Shown here in pieces: positions 23,051-37,074 of a DNA stretch of 64,000 nucleotides (positions within the stretch are counted from its first letter, which is position 1; each line of letters begins with the position of its first letter). The notes below the pieces were generated by a model. That model was not told the DNA's origin. It was given only the letters and a program-made list of their open reading frames with translations, and ran no database searches. This DNA is from Felis catus (Eukaryota). Made by a program: the position numbers and the translations under genes. The stretch is from NCBI RefSeq assembly GCF_018350175.1, contig NC_058368.1, positions 164,302,001 to 164,366,000 of the forward strand, in the 5' to 3' direction.

Positions 23051-23479
23051 GTTATCTATCTGTAATAATCCATCATTTATTTATATCTATGTTCAGGCTT
23101 CCAGGCAAGCTTCAGTAGTGAATTAGATCAGTGACTTGGGTCAAAAGTTTAGAATACACAAACAAACATAAAACTTAAGGGATAAAAACAGAAAGGAAAA
23201 TTCCTGAAATCATTTGTATAAAGATGTCATAAGTTTGTTAAGTGGAAAGAAAAATTAAATTAATGTTAGTAAAATATATATAAATTATTTTAGGTAATTA
23301 ATTTTCCCTACAAGCTTGATTTGATTTTCTAATAAGACAAGAAATGAAATTATTTTTCTTTCATATTATTTCCTGAAGACATTCTAGTACTCTTTTAGTT
23401 AAAAAGACCAATCATATTCCATCTGCTATCCAAAATAATATGGGGAACAACCCAGAAAACATTATCCTACTATTATTTC

Positions 23480-23925
23480 ATTTTTGACTAGCTTTAGCAA
23501 AAAAGCCAGAAACATTATGAAAGCTCTCAAGGTCTCTGGAAAATCTGTAGGAACCATGATGTCAAAAGTAACACTGGAACTTCAGATTCACCAGGACTCT
23601 TCTTCCCATCCATCTCCTGTATCTGCTTATCTATTCTCAACTTTATTTTGCAGGAGTTTACTTCATGTGATTGGGATGATGACCATCATTAGCTACTCCC
23701 AGTTTAATCATTTTCCCAGAAAAGAAAGCATTTCTTCTTGATTCTCTTCATTTGGTCCTGGATTTTGATTAGTATGCCCTGTTCCCAAACCAATCCCTGT
23801 GTCCAAGAGAAATGAGCTAATTTATTTTGAGTAGTCCTGCATCAATCTGTGTACTAGGGAATTGGGCAGTAAGTTTATAATCAAGAATAAAAGGATGAGG
23901 AAAGGTGCATCAGGTGGCCAAAAAC
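23480..23925 (-). mobile_element. Probable old MaLR LTR (MLT1, antisense)
   Basis: 'actagctttagcaaaaaag', 'tctcctgtatctgctt', 'aaaccaatccctgtgtccaag' resemble antisense MLT1J/K. Confidence 0.4.
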
Positions 23926-24148
23926 AATAGACATTATACTCCATTATATATAGTAATACTGGATGTAGTGTGTCTAAATCTGTATTACTGAGTTTGGAAA
24001 ACAGATTTAATAAATGCAAATTAAAGCTTGAATTAAGAAGCAGTATTGTGATGTGAGACATTTATTGCACCAGAGATCATGGGTCATAGATCCTGGGTTA
24101 GTTCCTTAATACTCATAAAGTCATGGACAAGTCATATAAATATTGTGT

Positions 24149-24320
24149 GGAACACCTGGGTGGCTCAGTTGGTTAAGCGTCCAGCTCTTAATTTTGGCTC
24201 CCTGCATCGGCCTGTGCCTGACAGTGTGGAACCTGCTTGAGATTCTCTCTTCCCTCTCTCTCTGCCCCTCCTACATGTGCTCTCTCTCTCTCAAATAAAT
24301 AAACTCAAAAAAATAAAGTA
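24149..24320 (+). mobile_element. Older CanSINE within a MIR relic
   Basis: 'cacctgggtggctcagttggttaagcgtcc' head, CT tract, aataaataaa. Confidence 0.9.
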
Positions 24321-27300
24321 TTAAGTACTGTGTTATATTTTTATTTTTAAAATGAGAATTTTACTGCCAAAAACGCTAAATTTTCTTCAAAGTATCTTTG
24401 AAAATGCTACTGTGGTTTAGAAAAGACTAAGTAAAATGATAAAGAGGAAAAATATTTATAGACCTGAACAGTTATATCTGTCTATATAATCACGAATATG
24501 TGTGCTGTCTTCTCTGTAATTCTTCAGTGATATTTTAGAAGGGCAGAGACTATTGCATAGTTAGATAGGTAGGTAGATAGGTAAATAGATATGCCTCAAG
24601 ATAAAGACTTACTCAAAATTGTATGTTAAATTCACTTAAATAGTTTTTCTTCTTGCTTTAACTGTTAGACCCTTGGGACTTCAGCTAGAGTTGTAAAATT
24701 TTACCATGCTGAATTCCAATTTTTTGCTACTATATAGGGTTTTGAATAAAATCTCAATTCCCCTCAGACTATTTACAGGTTTACTCTGAACTGTACAAAG
24801 TACCCCTCATCTGTAAAGTAGCACCAGACAGACTTGCCCTATAATATGCAGCCTTCCATTTCCAAATTTGTTAAACATTCAGAAGCCATCCATGATAGGA
24901 AATCTGAGTGATCTTCACTCTTTATTTGTCTCTAGTATCAACTTTTTTATATTACAGAAGGGAGGAATTGGTACATTAGTATCCTCCTAAGCTCCTTTCC
25001 CAAATATTTTATCTTACCAGATACCCAAATGCCAACTCTTCCTTAATGCCTGAATTATCGCTGTGGCTAGACAATTTACCTGGAAGCTCACAACTTGTAC
25101 AAATATCCAGAAATGAAGAACCAGAAATATCGTGATATGGGATATTATAGACAGAGAGTCTAGGGACAAACTTTTCCTACCTACCAAAACTCCCCCTATG
25201 CCTTAAATACCAATAAGGAGAGGAGATGGAAAGGATAGATAAGATCATCAGTAATCATCACAGAATGACTTTCCCATGCATTCACAAGAAAATAAGGATA
25301 ATCCTATTAGGGCCATTTATTGTATTTTCATATGACAACTAAGGACCATTTGTTCCCCCTGTTACCCTGTGAAATAATACTGTAATATTTTTCTCAGAAA
25401 ATCTCTATAGCTAGCTTAACTGGCACTTAAATGAGTACTGACATGATGGCTTCTCAATTTGCTATTTATTTCATTTTCACAATTATGTTAATGACAGGAA
25501 AAGCTATGCTTGTATTACAATTATTTAATAGATACATTAAACTACAGAACATATAAAGTCTTTGTAGTCATTGTCATTTTCCAAGAATTCCTAATACAAT
25601 GAAGAAGATACAACAAAAAACCCCAGCCAATGGATTCATAGGAACCTGGTTTTAAATCATGGCTTTATCAATTTCTAGCTCTTTGACATATGGAATTTAC
25701 CTGTTGTTAGGAATCTGTATAATAAAGATTGCAGAACAACATAGCATTTGTGTTAAGAATGTAATATACTGTCTAGAATGTTAACTTTCTTCTTTCCCTT
25801 TCTAGTGCTGTCATAGAGAACCCAACTGTCTTTCACTGATTTCTCCCCAAATACCCAATTATTATTTTAAAATTAGAGAAGAATGTTTCTTGTGTTTTTA
25901 TGCAGTCTTTATATTAAGAGGTAATATATTATAATTTACTGTGCACCAATGAAATTATTGCCTTAAATGGGGTGATGTAAATACCAATAAACTTAAGCAC
26001 ATTTTCTTATTGAGAATTCATGAGGAGAATATGTCCTCATGAAATTGCCTAAGACTGTACATGTGAAACCAAGTTTCTCAGTGGAATTGCATGTTTGACT
26101 GAGAATAGGAGGTAACTGGTAACCACTACTTCCCTCCTTTCTTATTTTACTATTATAACATGTCTTAGTTCTTTATGCTTTATTTTGGCTAAAATTACTA
26201 TGCTCACTCATACCTCAGAACTTTTCTGTGTTATCCTTTGGGGTGAAAGAAATAGAGTTATGTGATATGTGTAAACAAGGATTAATTTAAGCTTAGGCAA
26301 ATCCATACTTTCCTGTGTGAGTGAGGTTTGCAGAGTACTGTATATCTGATGATGTTAGATATAGTTTGGCATCTTGGTTTCTGATGCTCACATTTTTTTA
26401 AAGCTTTTAGAAAATTATTTTTGGTATGCAAAATCACACACAAAGAGAAATAAAAATGAATTGATCAGCAAGTCAAGTTTACTTTGAATTGAATGTTAAA
26501 AAATGTCTCTTATCTATTAGAATAAAAATTACATTTGATGTGATTCTAAAAGGCATCTCTATCTTTGTAAATGGCGGTTGTCTTGCCTAGAGATGTATGT
26601 TGAAACAGTGCTCATAATTTGGGCCATCATGTTCATTTTGTTTCCCAGCATTGTTCATCAGTCTACAGCACAACATTTATTTGGGGCAACATGTGAACTC
26701 TCAAGTAGGTAAGTTTAGTCTTAGACATACAGTGGTGTGTGTGTAGAGGTAGTGGGAGGGAGAAGCCTGGCATACATGTGACTAGAAATGACAGAAGAGG
26801 AAATCTCAAGCAATCGTACTCATCCTAGGTTTAAGTTTTGGCTATTTTGTGGTTAAAAAAAATAGTTTGGGGAGATTGGACTTTATCCCAAATCAATTTA
26901 CAACCCTCAAAAATTTTTAAAGTCTTCTCAGAGGGAGACATGAATTTGACACCTCTATTAGAGCTGAACTTCTGAGAATATCAGGAATCAACATATCAGT
27001 TAATAAAGAGTGAAAAAGAAAATCCAATCAATGCAACATCAAGGTTTGGGATGAAATAGAGTAAGTTGGGGATTTTTCTTTCAAAAGGCTAATAGCAAGG
27101 TAGTGTTAACTTGTGGGATGTTGACAGGTATTAGAAACTGGATTGTATAAAAGAATAGAAGGTAAAATAAAAACAACAGAGATCATGTTTGTTTTTGATA
27201 TCTCTTGAGTGAAAGAGTAGAAATGCTTGAAGTCATTGAAAGTCTTGCCTAGTCAAAGCATAGAGTAGATGACTGTAGACCATAAAGGGTTATAACTTCC

Positions 27301-27408
27301 ACAGAGCCAGAAAATCAGAAGCAATACTACATGTGCAGTGTTAATGAGTTCGTTTGTCTGTGAATATGAGCATAGTCTGTCCGCAATTAGAATTAAAACT
27401 ATCCTATC

Positions 27409-27618
27409 TGAGCACCTGAGTGACTGTCGGTTAAGTCTCCGACTCTTGATTTCAGCTTAGGTCATGCTCTTAAGGTTTGTGAGTTTGAACCCTGTGTCTA
27501 GCTCTGTGCTGACAGTGGAGCTTGCTTGAGATTCTGTGTCCCCCTCTCCCTGCCCCTCCCCTGCTTGTGTGCATGTGTGCTCTCTCTCTCTCAAAAATAA
27601 ATAAACATTAAAAAGAAA
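27409..27618 (+). mobile_element. Older CanSINE
   Basis: 'gtcggttaagtctccgactcttgatttcagc', CT tract, aaaataaataaa. Confidence 0.9.
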
Positions 27619-28667
27619 AACCTATCACAGTTGGAGCTATTAGAATGGTTGGGATTTAGAATGGGAAAAAATTAAATATTAAGGTACACTTAGAAATTAT
27701 AGAAAGTCCTTGAAGTCTTGCTTCCCATAGAAAATTGTACAAACTAGAAAAGAAAACAGGAGTTTGACTACAGGTAGGCTAAAATATAACACTTATTCAG
27801 TCAGCATTTAGGTTTAATTGTAAAGGAACAAATTGGTTCTTGAATTATCCTGTAAGAGTCTAAAGCTCTAAATAGAGTGTAGTTTGTGAAAAATTTTCAG
27901 AAAAAAACATTTCCATGTGTATGCTTTTTTAAAAGAAAGGTAACAAGGATATTTAGATTAGATATAGATTGAGTAGAGTTAAAAATTTTGTCATGGTCCT
28001 AAAAAAAAATCATTCTGGTTTCAGCAATTTAAGGAGTTTCTCTCTCTCTCTCTCTATATATATATCTTTAAAAGATTTTACTTAATTAATCACTGTTTGA
28101 CCTTCACTGTATCCTAGGTATTTTATTCCCAAGATCCATAAAAAGTAACAGCATACCTATCTGGCTATTTTGGCCTTATTCAAAGTGGATTTTTTCCTTT
28201 TATTTTATAGGTATCGTGAATTTGGGACCATTATTCTCTTGATTTTGTTACTTTGGCAGGTTCTGTGCCCAGGTTTTGTCCACCTGGCTTTGTTCGGGTT
28301 AGATTCTCAGAGACAGGAGAAAAAAACAAAACAAAACAAACAAACAAACAAAAAACCCCAGTGTAATGGCTAAAATAAAGACCAGGCATCTGCTGTCAAA
28401 TAAAGTGAACATGGAATAAATCACCCCTGCCTGTGAGTCAAAATTTTAACTTCCCTTTAGTTGTCTACAGAGCACAGAACAGCACCTGAGATGACATTAT
28501 GAGATATTTTTGTCAAAGAGCACATTGCCATTTGATATCAGATGTCAAAGCATTTATGCTATGCCTGGGATTTATAAGACTTACGTTAAATACTGTTTGT
28601 TATGATCATAGGAGAGTTTATTTTTTTATTATTTGCCTATCAGCCATTATTTCATATTTTCTGCTAA

Positions 28668-28730
28668 GTTTATTTTTTAAAAAGTTTATTTATTTTGAGA
28701 GAGACAGAAAAAAAGAGAGAGCAGGGGAGG

Positions 28731-28776
<46 letters not shown>

Positions 28777-28923
28777 CAGGCAGACAGAGAGAGAGAGGCA
28801 GAGAGAGAATCCCAAGCAGCTTCTGTGCTCACAGCAGGGCTCAATCTCACAAACTGAGAGATCATGACCTTAGCTGAAATCAAGAGTTGGCCACTTAACT
28901 GACTGAGCCACCCAGGTGACCCT
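28668..28923 (-). mobile_element. CanSINE with expanded (GA)n
   Basis: 'ttaactgactgagccacccagg' head end. TSD core ttttctgctaa on both sides. Confidence 0.92.
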
Positions 28924-29332
28924 GTTTTCTGCTAACTTTATTGAGAGATTTTTAGCTATACAAATTACCCTTATATAAAAATGTTTAACAAGAAGTATTG
29001 TGTTTTGCTAAGTCGATTTTAGGAAAGTCATCCAGTTCATAAAATAAGAAAATAATTGAGTCATTTGGCAGAAAACATTCTCATTTCAAAATGTAGTTTT
29101 TGCTGAAGTAGAATTGTATCCCTTGTCTTGAACCACTTAAAATAATGTAGTGATATGACCATTCAATTTTCACTAACACCATTTGGACATCTATATATAT
29201 GTAAAGTCCTTTTTTAGACATGGTGAGATTTAAGACAATGGCTAAGAGTAAACCCTCCTGTGTGTATCAGGAAAAATAATATATGTGTACCCATATGGAT
29301 ACTTAAAGGCAGACAATTTAAATGACATAATA

Positions 29333-29510
29333 TAGAGATTTTCAAAGTTTATTTCTTGGATCAGCATCATCTGGGAGCTTACTGGAAATACACATTCTCA
29401 AGTTGTACCTCAAACGTGCTAATTCAGAAACTAGAGGATGAGCCCAGAAATCTGTATTCTAACAAGCCCTCAAGATTGTTCTGATACATGATCCAGTTTG
29501 AGAGTCACTG
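29333..29510. mobile_element. MER5A MITE
   Basis: 'cagcatcatctgggagctt...tcagaaact...gcccagaaatctgtattctaacaagccctc...agtttgagagtcactg'. Confidence 0.85.
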
Positions 29511-29810
29511 TACAGTATATTTATAAACAATATATTCAGGAGTAAAAGAGAGAATTTTTCTTTTTTATTGAAGGAAAGACATCTTAAAGAGGCAACTTTT
29601 GAGCCAAACTTTCAAGGGAAAGTAATAAAGCAATAAGGTTTTATTGAATACCTCCTATGAGCTGGGATATTTATTTAAATATTAAAATAATCTATGAGAT
29701 TACTTTCATTTTGTAGAAGAGGAAATGATCACAGATTTTGGCGAAATTGCTCAAGGTCACAAACCTGACTTTTGACCAGGACAGGAATTGAGACTTGATC
29801 TCAGTGAGCA

Positions 29811-29811
<1 letters not shown>

Positions 29812-29864
<53 letters not shown>

Positions 29865-29872
29865 GTATGTAT
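29812..29872. repeat. (TA)n(TATG)n microsatellite
   Basis: Directly visible. Confidence 0.95.
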
Positions 29873-29914
29873 AAAATGTTACTCAACTATAGTTTCCTCA
29901 GCCTCATAGGGACT

Positions 29915-30825
29915 CTGGTAGGAATAATTCTAAGATGGACCCCAAGCATCCCAGCCTCTTCTATGTCTTCCAATTATTCATTCAAGCAATATATAGATAC
30001 TGCTATAAAAGGATTTTAGAGATATAACTGAGATCCGAATCATTTGACCTTAAAATAGGGATATTATTTAGGTGGATCTGGCCTATTACATGAGACTTTT
30101 AAATCTGGGTCATGATGTCAGAGAAAGACGAAATCACAGATTTGAAACATGAGAAGGATTTTACAAAGTCCTACTTGTTCACAAGTTGGTTGTTAGTAGC
30201 TGGCAATGACCCTTGGTTGATAGCAAGAAATGGGAATCTCATTCATATAGTCACAGAGAAATGAATTCTGCCCACAACTAGTTAGCTTGGAAGCACACTC
30301 TAGGCTTCAGATGTGAATTGCAGTCTCAAGTGAAATCATGATTTTGGTCTGGTAAGACCCTGAGCAGAGGCCCCAACTAAATTAACTGGACTCTTGACTC
30401 CCAGAAAGTGTTAGTTTGTAAGTTTGTGTTGCTTTAGACCGCAGAGGTTGTAGTAATTTGTTAGGCAGTGGTAGAAAACTAATACAGATTTTGGTTACCA
30501 GAGGTTGTAGGCTGATATAATGAATGCTAAAAACTTGGGGAATACACAGTTGGAGATGGCCGGTAGGGAGAAAATGGGAGAAATTTGAGGCATGTGTAAA
30601 GGAAGCGTAGATTTTCTGGAATGTACTGTTAGAAGAAATATGGACATTTAAGGCATTGATTGTGAGAGGACAGAAGTAAATGAAGAACGTGATAAAGAAA
30701 GCCTAAATAGCCTTGGACCGATAGTGAGTCAGAAATTTAGACTTTAAGGATGCTGACAGTGAGGGCTCAGAAGGAAGTAATGAATATGTTATTGGACACT
30801 GAAGGAAGGAACATCCTTGCTTTAT
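29915..30825 (+). mobile_element. MaLR (MLT1) LTR (to ~30486) followed by a fragment of internal sequence
   Basis: 'tggtaggaataattctaagatgg', 'tgaccttaaaatagggatatta', LTR end 'gaaaactaataca' followed directly by 'gattttggttacc', the usual MaLR-internal start. Confidence 0.8.
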
Positions 30826-33800
30826 CTTCCGTTCACTTGCCGATCACCATCATTAACGTCAAATGCCTTGTTTTTTTTTCTTTTTTTTTTCTTTTTTCTG
30901 TTCTGTTTTGTTTTATGTAGTTGTTCTTGGAATTCACTTTGAGCCCAGAATTATTTTAACTTAATATGTGGCTTTTAAAAATATTTTTATTCATCCTTAG
31001 ATTCTGTCTTAATTTCATTTTATACCTTCGTGTATTTATTAAGAGAAACAATCTTGAGATTTTATTTTAGGTTATATTTTGCTATATTAGGTTATATTTG
31101 GTTATATATATTTGGTAATATATATATATTAGGTATATATTAAATATATATTGGAATTTTGGGGCATTCATTGGAACAGATAAATACTCATTGTTTCACT
31201 TGTATTTGCTGTAGTCAATGCTAGTACAAGAACTTGCATGCAAAAAAAAATGATCTTTCTAGGTGCTACAGAGGTATAGTTCATATTCATCTCATATATA
31301 AACCAAGTGCCAGCCTAAGAATAAGAGCATATTTTTCCTGAATTCAACTCACCCATCAAATCCATCACCATGTGAATTGGTGACCAGATTTTTTCTGCTG
31401 AGAGATGTATCAGAATGGAGTATAAATTTAAATTTGACTTGAGTAAAAACCAGATGACATTTATAAAAAGGCTCCTGGATGCTACTAGGGAGGGAAACAA
31501 GAGTACATAGACCTTTAACTGCCACATTATATACAATAGCTTATTTCCACTACTTTAAAGTACCACATTGCAGACTGATTTACGTTCCTAAGAGTGTATG
31601 CATGGGAACTTCACTTTAGCAAAGATATGTTTCTCAAAATTGCAAGGTGGCATTTACTTTCCAGATGAAACCCACTTGAAGGGGGTCATCATTGCAAGAT
31701 AAACTTAATTTCTTCCTTTGGTTTGAGTTCTTTCTATGAAGTCAAAGTTGTTTAAACCTCTCTATAATGTTGGTAACACTAGACTTGATTGTCTGTAATT
31801 GTGTGATCTCTGTTGTGGAATATAGTTGACTTTCTCTGCATGATGAATGATATTGGAAATTTCTGATGTAGGTAAAATTTCAGTGTTGAGAGAAACAGAG
31901 ATGGAAGAAGGGAGAGAGAAAACTGTAAGATAATTTGATTATTAAATATTTCTTCTTAACCAAGTTTTTTTTACAATATAAAATAGAACTAATATCTATT
32001 GGTAGTGTAAATTTATTCAGAATCTTGCCAAGTGAACATTTTCTAAATTTTGTTGGGTTTTGCCTCCACAGTTAATAATCTTTGATTTGGTCAAACCATT
32101 ACCTTATTATTAATTGTGCTTTTGGTAGATATATACATAGGGACACTTCAGTATACACGCATTCTGTTTACCATGTGAACTCTCTGAACCAGCCCTAGAA
32201 ATGTCAACAGACCTCCTAGAGGCAGGAAGTGAGATTCATTTCAAATTTAAACTACATTAATTCTGAATGAAATCAAGCCTATTTTCACATTTATTATGGT
32301 AACCTGGCCTGAGGAAAAAATTGCAGGTTTTTAATAAGGGCATTTCCATTGGTTTCTTTCCATTCCCAAAACTCATAAATCAACTCCTGTCTGTCAGCCA
32401 TTATAAATTTGTCAGTTCTTATGAGTAAATATGACAGCCAAATACTATTTAAATCTATAAAGTTATATCTCTTTTAGTGAGTTAAATACACTGTTGGCCT
32501 CAGTGATGCCCTTTTTGTTTTTTAGAGTTTATTTTTTTCCACCTCATTTAACTATCTAAAACAACAGGAAGACTTTACCCAAATTGACTATATTCCAAAT
32601 ACCAGCAGAGTATTTCTTTGAATAGTCTAGCTAAAAGTAAAATTATATTAAAAGTCATGATAAAGTGGGAGAAGCAAGATATTTTATCCAAAGTTTTTTT
32701 TAAGGATAAAAATATGTATTGAACTATATTGTAGAAACAAATGACTGCTACTATCTTCAAAACTTGCACTTCAAATCCTTAACACCTTTGCATACACATG
32801 GTAAACATTAATTTTGGGGTAATAAAAATGTGATTTAATACCACATCTACAGCTTTACGCATATTCCAAAAGTCTCAGCAGACTAATTAGAAGTATCACA
32901 TTTTATGGAATGAGCATTCCTCCTTATTTTCTTGGCCTCTAACTACTGTGTAAAATTTAAATAAAGGATGTGTGTCTGCAGCCGAGGGAAAGGAGGAGAA
33001 AATGCTAAATAGAACTGCAATTAGGCTAATAAGGTGAATGTTTTGGATCTACAATTTTTGCACCAACAAAAGTTCTTTAGAAGGGTCACAGTGAGAAAGT
33101 GATGATAATCAGACAAGTAAGATATTTGAACATTACAGAATTTATGACAGTATCCAAGACAGTCACTCCTTAGGCCAGCTGAATAGATGTTAAGAAACAG
33201 TCAATAGCACTAATTTGTGCCTATTATTTCTTACTGCCAGTCATGTAGCTCTGTAATTGAAATGCTCAGTAACAGTTTTCTACCTAAATTTTAATGATGC
33301 CCTTTATAATTCTCTTTTTAATGCAGTTCCTGAACTTTAGAAAGGTTCCTCACTGCCAAATGTCAGTTCACTGTGAAGTGCTGCGTTGGAAAACTTTGTG
33401 CTTAAAAAAAAAAAAAAAAAAAAGTAGTATTCATTATCACATTGTCCATTCATGTGCTAAAATCGTTGATCAGTTTTCTTTTATTAAAAAAATAGTAAAG
33501 ATTACTTAAAATTGTCTTCTAATAAAAAATTGCAATGGGTAAACTATATAAAAAGAATATTTTTAAAGTAATACTCAGTTAATTTATTAAAGGACACATG
33601 ACTGTCATAAACAACAATTTTATACTTAGAGAAACTCTGAGAGTTATTATTATAGCGTTCACCTTTAAAGTTTGCCAGGTAAATCTCACTGATAGTCACT
33701 TTTTACCCAATTCATACTTTCTGGGAAAGAATTTTCTCTTTTCTTATATATTTTGGAATCACAAGACCCCTATGAACATTTTGCTTTTCTCTTATATTGT

Positions 33801-36800
33801 GCAAAATCATGTGAAACTAGAATTCCTGAAACATATACAAGTTACTAATTTAAATTTGGTAAAAGGAGTGCTCAGAGGGCAGAAGGAGACCACCAGAAAT
33901 TTTCAGAGTAAGTAAATTATTTACTTTGCTGTTATTTTAAAAGTTGATGGCAAATTGGCAGTTTTATAACCAAGGGTCTGCACTGAGCAAATATAGTTTA
34001 AATTTTGTTGGAGAGTCTGAATAGTGTTCATCTTTTGGACATTTGGAAATTTATTAAGATCCCTAAAACTAGGAGATCAAAATTAAAAGCAAACTACAGA
34101 TTTATTTATTTACTTATTTCAGAGGAAAGATTTATTATAATGTATTTTATTTATACCTACTTAACAGTTGTGTCCATTTGCAGACTTATTGAACAAAGGT
34201 ACTTACGTCTTTTAGGATTCACAGCTTTGAAGAGATTAGGACCTTTAGATTTGCTTTTCTTGTGGAGCTCTGTCAGAAGTCATTTATGGGCAAATTATTC
34301 TGATTAGGAATAGATCGTTTCTCAGGACTGCCATAAAATAAATCTAAATGTCTCAGCTGTGTTTCTGGTCCAGCAACACCCTCATTAAAGAAACACCACA
34401 CAATTGCTATGTTGGCAGCCCCAATTTTAAACACCAGTCTAGGCTGCATGCAAAAGAGAATAAATTGCCTTCTTATTCCTCTAACAGTCTGTAGTGTTGG
34501 TAATTTAGGATTGAGAGGCTTTCTGAGAACAATGTCCAGAAGCATAAACTGCTTCTCCCATAAGAGTATGATACCTGTGAAACAGATGTCATTAACTACA
34601 GTTCTCAATTTTTCATGTTTGACAGGCAAAGCCAAATATTTTAGGGATTATGTAACCATTCTTAATAGGTAATAAGTGAAAATACTCCCAAGTTAAATTT
34701 CATTTCCCAGTTTCAGAGGACTTCATTATCCTTGGTAAAACTAATAAGTGTAATGTGAGAAAAAAAGAAAAAAAAACTGAATATGAACGCTCAAGACACT
34801 AAAAAAATTAAGATTTCAGTGGGGCTTCAGTTATGTCGTAGATCAACTGCAGTGCTTTTTTGCAGTGCTGATTTCAGAATATAGACTCTGTAACTTATGT
34901 TTTTAACCAAGACAATCCCTTAGGGTTTGAAAATATGAGAAACTGGCCCTGCCAGAATGCAGACTGCTTAGAGGTAAATGTTCAGTATCAAATTCACCCT
35001 TATTTTTAAAATGTGGTTTTGGGGTACTTGTTTACCACTTACTATGCTATCTCTAGTTGCCATTTGTGCTGACCTGCTTTGAAAATATGGAAAATGATAT
35101 ATGTCTCAAAGCTAAAGAAAAACACCAGAAGTGAATGAAGTAATTTGTTTTGCCATAAAAATCCATTATGAAAGCTGAGCAAATACTAATCCATTTAATT
35201 ACCTATGCATATACCATGGATTCTGTAATAAAGGCAGAAAATGAACAAAGTGCATGTGCATAAAAGTAATATACATTTTGTATAAAGTTTTATGCTAGTA
35301 AATTGACCTCACTGACTTTATCCTCTTTATCATAATGAGGGAATCACTGGACTAGGACCTTTGAGACACTTGTAACATTTTGATTCTTCGTTTAGAAGCA
35401 GAAGAAAATGTTCAGTTCACCCAGCAGACATTTAATGAGCACTTACTCTGGTGCAGTCGTCATGTGGGACCCTTAGTTGCACAGTGAAGGAAACAGAGTT
35501 TCTAACTCCGATTTGCCTTCTAGTCAAGAAGAATACACATATTTATGTCGATTAGATTTCACGTTCAACTCTTAGGGACTTTCCAGCTAAGAGCAGTAAC
35601 ACAAAAATCAAAACAACTAATCAAAAATCTACAAAGGATGCACCAAACATAAAACCAATAGCAGTTTCAACATGAACATTTTCTTTTCTTTCTCCTTTCC
35701 TCTCTTCACTACGACTTTCTCACTACATAAATAAAATTACTTAAAAATTTTCCAGTTGAGAAGCGGAAGTAATGAAAATTAGGTAATTCATCTGGTCTTT
35801 CCAGAAGCTTTTAACAAGTGTGGGAGAAGGAACCCAGACCTCTGGCATTTTATTGAATGGAAGAATTGAAATTAGAAGACTGTGCCCTGAATCTGGCCTC
35901 AACACCTCCTATTTATGTAACCGGTTTCTATAAGCTGTATGACTTTGGAGTCAGTTAGGTTTGTAGCACCATAACCAATTCACCTGTAAAGTGGCCTATG
36001 ATATTTTTCCTTCCCACCTCACAAGATTGAAATGATGAATTAATGAAATAATATACATGAGCAAACACAATTAGAAATATTCAGTTTTGTAATGGATAGC
36101 TTTTAATGTAAAATATCCCCCGATGTTAACTATTTCTCATATTAAGGAATGCTAAAAATTCTCAATGGTCAAAAAATAGGGACCAAATATTTTAATAGAC
36201 TTGGTTGACATATTTTCACTTATAAATATTTCACTTATTGTTTTTTTTTGAAGTTTATAATCCCAGTCAACACTTAAAACACCCTGATTTATACCTTAAG
36301 ATTAAAAAAAATGTGTTGATATTTTGATGATTTCTCCCAATCTGATTAGTGATTCTAAAATCTGATTGATAAAGTGCAGGCTTTAGCAATAGAGTAAGCC
36401 CTGCAAATGGAATGGTCTTTCAAAGGAGCATGAGTGCCCAACTATTGTTGATGTCATAGACCATGAAAATTAAAGCCAAAGAATTTAATTCCAAAGTTGG
36501 AGAGCACATTCTAATCACTGGGTTTAATTCGGTTGTCACTGTAGTTATTATATGAGAAAGATTTATACCACCAAGGTAATATATAAGTGAGAGTTGCTTG
36601 GCTGATTAATAGAAGAAAGACATTTACTAAAAATTGAATTCTTATGGTTTTAGAGGTAAAGTCTGGGCCAGTATGTATTTGCTATATTAACTCAGCTGTG
36701 TAGACACTTTGGCTTGTTTGTATAATTGATGTGATTAATTTAGAATTACATTTATCATTCTCTTCAGGTAGAAAACAATGTCTATCTATTTTGAAAGTCA

Positions 36801-36833
36801 AGATGCTGGTTCTAGACACTTTTTGATAGTTTT

Positions 36834-37074
36834 GGAGGCTTCTGTGTGACTCAATCGGTTAAGCGTCCAACTTGGGCTCAGGTCATGATCTCTCAGTTCA
36901 TGAGTTTAAGCCCCACATTGGGCTCTCTGCTGACTGACAGCTCAGAGCCAGGAGCCTGGTTTGGACTCTTTCTCCCTCTCTCTGCCCCTCCCCCCACTCC
37001 TCATATGTCTCCTACTCTGTCTCCCTGCCCCCCCCCATCTCTCAAAAATAAATAAACATTAAAAAAATTTAAAA
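36834..37074 (+). mobile_element. CanSINE
   Basis: 'tcaatcggttaagcgtccaact...aggtcatgatc'. TSD core atagtttt. Confidence 0.9.

Noticed and set aside
22866..23126. YIYIYI, RERERE, SLSLSL and VCVCVC ORFs here and elsewhere
   Set aside because: Translations of dinucleotide microsatellites.
34273..34635. 120-aa minus-strand ORF as a gene
   Set aside because: Non-ATG start, no recognisable homology, no convincing exon structure.
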